From Flavobacteriales bacterium (GTDB taxonomy: Bacteria; Bacteroidota; Bacteroidia; Flavobacteriales; TMED113), in contig PKDT01000008.1 of assembly GCA_002863085.1 (NCBI GenBank), forward strand, positions 1 to 55,858: DNA of 55,858 nucleotides, given 5' to 3'. Positions 50,690-55,858 of the stretch are shown piece by piece. The notes under the pieces are model-generated. The model saw nothing but the letters and a program-made list of their open reading frames with translations, was not told where the DNA came from and did no database searches. The translations under genes were made by a program, and so were the position numbers. How positions within the stretch are numbered: the first letter of the stretch is position 1; each line of letters opens with the position of its first letter.

Positions 50690-51913
50690 ATGTTAAGATT
50701 ATTTTTACTCAATCTCCTGATTTCTCTGAGTACATTTTCTCAAGAGATAGTAGAGTTTAGCCTTGGTCAAGGCTATCAGTACGATATTTATTATTCCTTT
50801 AATCAAGGTATTTCTGGGTATACTGAAAGTGACAATTGGGAATTGGCTTTCTCAACGAATCCCAATATTCCCAACGTACGTATTAATAGCGGAAAAAGTG
50901 TTAAATTATTTCTTTTGTCTGAAAATATAAACAACTGGGACTCAGTTAGTACAGTTCCAGATTCAGCAATTCAACTAAGGAATAGTAATGAAAGTTGGGA
51001 TTTAGGTGCTTTCGTAAATGGCTATTATGAATCAGGTGAATCTTTTACATGGGGGGATTTCAACTACAATGAAATTAATCAAATGAATCAAAATTATGTT
51101 GGTTCAAAAATTTTTCTTATTGAGTATGGCAGTGTACTTAATCCAATTCAAAAAAAAATAATGATAACTGAAATGACAAGCGGTATGTATTATTTGAGGA
51201 TTTCAAATCTAGATGGCACCTCTGATCAGTTATTTTCTGTAGATACTGAACCTTACTCTGAAAAAAAATTTATATACTTTTCGTTGTCAGATAATCAGCT
51301 AATTGATAGGGAACCGTCCAATTGGGATATTATTTTTACTAGATATGAAGAAGAATATGTTACACTAAATGGGACAACTATGCCCTACATTGTTACTGGT
51401 GCATTAACAAATGAAAATTACTGCTTTGAATTTAACGGACCAGCAGATTTTAATCCTCCTATGGATTCGACACAATTCTCAACAATTATAAATACAATTG
51501 GATATGATTGGAAATTATATTCTGGTTCTTACTCTATTGTCCCAGATAGGGCTTATTTTATTCTCTCAAATGACCAACTTTTTGTACACAAGATTACTTT
51601 TCAAAGTTTTGATGGTGGTCAGACGGGTAATATGTCTTTTTTGACCGAAGAATTTAATTATAATCCAATAACAATCAACGAATTTAATTCAATATCCAAT
51701 TTTTTATATCCAAACCCTTCAGATGGGATAATAAATAGTTTGTTTTTATATGATGTAAAATTAGAGATAAGAGATTTGAGTGGTCGTCTATTGTTAAGCA
51801 ATTTTGGACCAATTTTAAATGTTGACCTAAGTTCATTAAATAATGGTCATTACGTAGCGACAATAACAACAAATGATGATATATTTGTAGAAAGAATTAT
51901 CGTGAGTAAATAA
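50690..51913 (+). CDS. HmuY-like heme-binding protein with a T9SS type A sorting domain
   Basis: Two HmuY-like units (YYSF...WELAF; YFSL...WDIIFTRY...IGYDWK); C-terminal YPNPS...DLSGR...DLSSLNNGHY...RIIV. Confidence 0.75.
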   Translation: MLRLFLLNLLISLSTFSQEIVEFSLGQGYQYDIYYSFNQGISGYTESDNWELAFSTNPNIPNVRINSGKSVKLFLLSENINNWDSVSTVPDSAIQLRNSNESWDLGAFVNGYYESGESFTWGDFNYNEINQMNQNYVGSKIFLIEYGSVLNPIQKKIMITEMTSGMYYLRISNLDGTSDQLFSVDTEPYSEKKFIYFSLSDNQLIDREPSNWDIIFTRYEEEYVTLNGTTMPYIVTGALTNENYCFEFNGPADFNPPMDSTQFSTIINTIGYDWKLYSGSYSIVPDRAYFILSNDQLFVHKITFQSFDGGQTGNMSFLTEEFNYNPITINEFNSISNFLYPNPSDGIINSLFLYDVKLEIRDLSGRLLLSNFGPILNVDLSSLNNGHYVATITTNDDIFVERIIVSK

Positions 51914-51916
51914 CTT

Positions 51917-53899
51917 ATGTTGTTAAGAATATCCACTTTTGTGATTTTCATTTTTTTTGGAATAAGTCGTTCTCAAATAAATACTGATTCCGTCTCAGTA
52001 CTGTTAAAAAATCAATTGGATGAAGTTATGGTTACAGGTCAAATCGGAAGCCAAACCATTTCAGAATCGGTTAATAATCTAATTTTAATTACATCTAAAG
52101 ATATTAAATCTACGGGTTCTAACGATCTAGCTGAGCTATTCAGTAACCAAGCCCTGTTTGATTTGAATGTTGATCCCGCTCTAGGAACCACAGTAAGTAT
52201 CCAAGGAATGCAAGGAAATAACATCAATATAATGATTGATGGAATACCTGTTATAGGTCGAAAGGGGAGTCAGATTGATCTTTCCCAAATTAATCTTTCA
52301 AATATTGATAGAATAGAAATTCTTAAAGGTCCAGCCTCTGTTATGTACGGAACTAATTCTACAGGAGGTGTGATAAATTTAATATCCAAAAAGAATTTAA
52401 ATACAATTCTATTTAATTCATATCTAGAAAGCATTGGAGTATATAACTTTAATGCCGACATCAACAAGTCCATTAGAGATTTTGATATACATGTTAATTT
52501 AGGCAAGTACGACTTTGATGGTTATGGTTACGACGAAAGTAGGTCTAAGTACTGGAAGCCAAAGAATCAATTTTTCTCAGACTTCAAGATTAGAAAAAAA
52601 ATAAATAAAACAACTTTTGAACTAAAAACCTCTCTGTTTGATGAGGAAATAATTGATTTAGGTGATGAGAATTTTTTTCCTTTTGCAGGTACAGCAAACG
52701 ATCTTCATTATTACACATACAGAAATGTAAATTTTTTAAAAATTAATTCAACTGATTCAGTATTTAATTGGAACTATACTGGCTCATATTCAAGAACGAA
52801 CTTTGAAAAAAAAGAATTTATTATTGACCTTATTTCTGAAAATTCAAATCAGACATCGAGTCAAGATTTTAATACTTTAGATATATTTAAGACTTTTTTT
52901 AACAGATTTGAGTACAATAGATTTAGTGGTTTGAGATATAAAAGTCAGTTGGGTGTAGATTATGTACATGAGACTGTTGAAGGATCTAAAATTCTTGACT
53001 CATTAGCAAGTATATATCATTTTTCGTTATTTACCCAGTCAAGCTTTGAACTTACAAATAAACTTACAACTCAATTTGGAATTAGACTTCCCTTCCACTC
53101 TAGTTATTCGGCAAATTTGATTCCCTCCCTTCATTTTAAATATGACATGAATACTGAAAATCAATTGAGACTATCTTATTCTCGGGGATTTAGGTCCCCG
53201 ACAATCAAGGAGCTATTTATGGAGTTTATTGACATTAATCACAATATTGTTGGGAATTCTGACTTAAAACCGGAAAGATCTAATGCATTTCAACTGTCTT
53301 TGAGTTTAATTCCAAAAATTAATGATAAAATTTATTCATCATTCAACATTGAAGGCTTTTTAAATTTTCTTGATAATAAGATTGAGCTTGCGAGAATACA
53401 AAATACGGATTCCTACACATATTATAATTTAGAAAAGTCAACATACTATGGAACTAATACATTCCTCAAATTAGATTTCAAATCTCAGTTAAATACTGTA
53501 AGTTCTTTTAATTTTATGTGGAATATGTTTCATATTGATAACTCATCGTTTAATTATAATAAAGCTAGACACAATCTAAGTTTTGCATATAAATTCGAAT
53601 ATGAAGAATGTAACTGTGGACTAAATTTAAATTGGAGAATAAAATCAAAATTTGAATACCAGTCTTACAATGATCAAAACGAATTAGTAGTTTTCGAACA
53701 ATCCGGTTACGAACTGTTAAATTTAAATCTATACAAAGAATATGATAAAATTAATTCCTCACTTATTTTTGGTGTAAAAAACTTATTAGATGTAACAGAT
53801 GTAAATTATGCAATGCAAGACGATATACATTCTGGTGATTTTTCAACAATATCCTGGGGACGAACTTTTTATATTCAATTAAGCTGGATGCCATTTTAA
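51917..53899 (+). CDS. TonB-dependent receptor, probably for heme
   Basis: TonB-box-like DEVMVTG; plug IDG.P, IEILKGPAS..YG...GGVIN; FRSP...H...GNSDLKPE (FRAP/NPNL-like); terminal Phe. Confidence 0.9.
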   Translation: MLLRISTFVIFIFFGISRSQINTDSVSVLLKNQLDEVMVTGQIGSQTISESVNNLILITSKDIKSTGSNDLAELFSNQALFDLNVDPALGTTVSIQGMQGNNINIMIDGIPVIGRKGSQIDLSQINLSNIDRIEILKGPASVMYGTNSTGGVINLISKKNLNTILFNSYLESIGVYNFNADINKSIRDFDIHVNLGKYDFDGYGYDESRSKYWKPKNQFFSDFKIRKKINKTTFELKTSLFDEEIIDLGDENFFPFAGTANDLHYYTYRNVNFLKINSTDSVFNWNYTGSYSRTNFEKKEFIIDLISENSNQTSSQDFNTLDIFKTFFNRFEYNRFSGLRYKSQLGVDYVHETVEGSKILDSLASIYHFSLFTQSSFELTNKLTTQFGIRLPFHSSYSANLIPSLHFKYDMNTENQLRLSYSRGFRSPTIKELFMEFIDINHNIVGNSDLKPERSNAFQLSLSLIPKINDKIYSSFNIEGFLNFLDNKIELARIQNTDSYTYYNLEKSTYYGTNTFLKLDFKSQLNTVSSFNFMWNMFHIDNSSFNYNKARHNLSFAYKFEYEECNCGLNLNWRIKSKFEYQSYNDQNELVVFEQSGYELLNLNLYKEYDKINSSLIFGVKNLLDVTDVNYAMQDDIHSGDFSTISWGRTFYIQLSWMPF

Positions 53900-53902
53900 A
53901 AT

Positions 53903-54517
53903 ATGAAAGCAACTAAATTATTTAATTCTTGGGTTGAAAATGGAAAAGATGAAGGTATGGAAAAGAACCATTCTGCATCTGTGAATGAGATGATAAAATT
54001 AGTCCCTAATTATATTTTAAATAATAGTTTTAGTTTTTTAGACTTTGGTTGTGGTAATGGATGGCTTGTAAGAAAGTTTACCAACTATGATAATTGCATA
54101 AAATCTACAGGAATTGATGGTGCTTCAAACATGATAAAAAAAGCAATATCCAATGATAATGAATCAAAATATATTCAGTTTGACCTAGATAATATTTATT
54201 CGTTTAATCAAAAATTTGATTTGATTATGAGCATGGAAGTAATGTATTATTTAAAAAATCCTGCGCTAGTAATTAATCACATAAATAAAAACATGTTAAA
54301 CCCGGGAGGCGTTTTCATAATGGGCATCGATTTTTATGAAGAAAATAAATCATCTTTATCATGGCCATCAAAACTTGATGTTGAAATGTTTTGTGCTAAC
54401 AAAAATAAATGGAAGGATTACTTAAGTCTCGCTGGGTTTGATAAGGTTAGAATATTTCAGTTTGGTAAAAAAAATGACTGGGCTGGAACTCTGGTTTTAT
54501 CAGGTGTTAAGATATAA
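53903..54517 (+). CDS. Class I SAM-dependent methyltransferase
   Basis: LDFGCGNG, GID, FDLI.SMEV.YY, L.PGG. Confidence 0.92.
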   Translation: MKATKLFNSWVENGKDEGMEKNHSASVNEMIKLVPNYILNNSFSFLDFGCGNGWLVRKFTNYDNCIKSTGIDGASNMIKKAISNDNESKYIQFDLDNIYSFNQKFDLIMSMEVMYYLKNPALVINHINKNMLNPGGVFIMGIDFYEENKSSLSWPSKLDVEMFCANKNKWKDYLSLAGFDKVRIFQFGKKNDWAGTLVLSGVKI

Positions 54518-54521
54518 ATAT

Positions 54522-55091
54522 TTAAAATATCTTATCCGGATAATTGTAGCTGAACTGAAGATTAAAACCTATGTATGGAACCCAGTCTCCTAATTCATAT
54601 TTTTCAAGGATCGTCATTTGCTCATTGTACAGAAAATACCCACCAAAAGTAAGCTCTAAAAGTCCATACATATTTTTTGAAAACTCCCTTTCAAATCCGA
54701 CAATATATTGAGGAGATATCATTGCAGATTCTTGAAAATATGATGAATTATTTATTGGGTAGTATAAGCTTTCTACTCTGAAATTGTCATATTCATAAAA
54801 ATATCCTACAAGAACTGAGGGTCCGTGAAAAAATTCAAAATCGAATATACTAATGTCGTTATATATTTTAGCAGATAATGAGCTGTAATCGTAAGTTACC
54901 TTTCTATTTGAATTATACCCGTCAACCATGCTTCTTGTAAATGAATATCTCAAATTAAAATTACTTGAAATGATTCTTTCATAGCTTATAGAATAGTTTG
55001 CAAAATTATTAATACCAATACCAAAACGGTGATTTTGACCATTCACTCCTACAAAAATTAAAGCTAAAACGAATAAAATTTCTTTTTTCAT
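54522..55091 (-). CDS. Hypothetical exported, probably outer-membrane beta-barrel protein
   Basis: Signal peptide ending VNG-Q, aromatic alternating strands, C-terminal GFNLQFSY. Confidence 0.55.
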   Translation of the reverse strand: MKKEILFVLALIFVGVNGQNHRFGIGINNFANYSISYERIISSNFNLRYSFTRSMVDGYNSNRKVTYDYSSLSAKIYNDISIFDFEFFHGPSVLVGYFYEYDNFRVESLYYPINNSSYFQESAMISPQYIVGFEREFSKNMYGLLELTFGGYFLYNEQMTILEKYELGDWVPYIGFNLQFSYNYPDKIF

Positions 55092-55125
55092 AAAAATAGA
55101 TTTCTTCTAAATTAAAAAAATAAAT

Positions 55126-55650
55126 TCATCTTACACAAATTTCTGTTAATCCTTCTGGTAAGTTCATAAAAATTTTTTTTTCTTTATCGCTTACTTCTGT
55201 AATAAGTGAATCTACATTAGGAACATATAATTCATTTTTATTAGTGTCGACTAAAAAAATTGGTTGAGGCCTATTGTTATCTATCTCAATAATCTCTCCA
55301 ACAAGACCTGTCTTTTGATCAATTATTGTGTATCCAATGTATTTTTGTAGCTTCCTAAATTCTTCATCAATAGAGCTATGTTCACCAATTTTTAAAAATA
55401 TTCTTTTACGTAATATTCTTTTTGCACTCTCTCGATTTGAAATTTCTTGTGTGATTACTCTGAGAAATTTGTTTGAATTTGGTTCAATTTTTATGACTTT
55501 GAGCTTTAGTTTGTCCTCTCCTAAATAGACTGACTTTATATCCAAGAGTATTTCAAAGATCTTGTTTGGGGTATACAATTTAATACTAAACGCACCATTT
55601 AATCCGTGAGCTTTTGCTACATGTCCAATACAAATTTCTTTTTTTCGCAA
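55126..55650 (-). CDS. rimM: 16S rRNA processing protein RimM (TTG start)
   Basis: IG.V.KAHGLNG, IGY..ID...G.VG.I, YVP, LPEGL. Confidence 0.93.
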   Translation of the reverse strand: MRKKEICIGHVAKAHGLNGAFSIKLYTPNKIFEILLDIKSVYLGEDKLKLKVIKIEPNSNKFLRVITQEISNRESAKRILRKRIFLKIGEHSSIDEEFRKLQKYIGYTIIDQKTGLVGEIIEIDNNRPQPIFLVDTNKNELYVPNVDSLITEVSDKEKKIFMNLPEGLTEICVR

Positions 55651-55694
55651 GGTTTTATCTATAATGAAAACTGATTAAGTAAATTAATACTTTA

Positions 55695-55858
55695 TTACTT
55701 TTCCTCTTTTGCAGGTGTTTCTTCAGCAGCAGGAGTTTCTTCAGCAGCAGGAGTCTCTTTAGCAGCAGGAGTTTCTTCAGCAGCAGGAATTTCTTCAGTA
55801 GCAGGAGTTTCTTCGGCAGCAGGAGTTTCTTCAGCAGCAGCAGTTTCTTCGGCAGCAG
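55695..55858 (-). CDS. rpsP: C-terminal acidic repeat tail of probable 30S ribosomal protein S16 (truncated by the window edge)
   Basis: Reads ...AAEETAAAEETPAAEETPATEEIPAAEETPAAKETPAAEETPAAEETPAKEEK*; directly upstream of rimM, where rpsP lies in Bacteroidota; the S16 core is not visible. Confidence 0.65.
   Translation of the reverse strand, partial: AAEETAAAEETPAAEETPATEEIPAAEETPAAKETPAAEETPAAEETPAKEEK
55710..55858 (-). repeat. Coding 18-bp tandem repeat (PAAEET), at least 8 units
   Basis: GCAGCAGGAGTTTCTTCA-like units on the + strand. Confidence 0.95.

Overview
AT-rich, very gene-dense chromosomal segment from a Bacteroidota bacterium, most likely a streamlined marine Flavobacteriales-like genome. 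Evidence for this: TAnnTTTG promoters, no Shine-Dalgarno motifs, T9SS C-terminal signals, an str operon without tuf, and the rplQ-carA-eno-citrate synthase gene order. Positions 0.6-18.2 kb hold the complete str-S10-spc-alpha ribosomal supercluster, including rpmD and rpmJ, which the ORF track missed. Housekeeping genes follow (carA, eno, eukaryote-type citrate synthase, rlmB, lipA, gap, hbd, pcm, smpB, xerD, aroQ, tRNA-Asp, rimM, tail of probable rpsP). The notable non-core genes are: (i) a 919-aa fusion of a glutamate-cysteine-ligase-like (GCS2) domain, a CBS pair and an M14/AstE-AspA deacylase, i.e. ligase, nucleotide sensor and hydrolase in one chain, my top candidate for an undescribed system; (ii) a PAS-MenA prenyltransferase fusion; (iii) a secreted CxxCH + copper type II monooxygenase + Cys-repeat + Kunitz protein coupled to an aldehyde dehydrogenase; (iv) three tandem small outer-membrane beta-barrels; (v) an iron-acquisition block (FutABC-type ABC transporter, HmuY-like T9SS protein, heme-type TonB receptor) with a perfect Fur-box-like palindrome; (vi) two unannotated small proteins. 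I saw no CRISPR array, rRNA, IS element or prophage. All assignments come from motif recognition by eye; no database searches were run.
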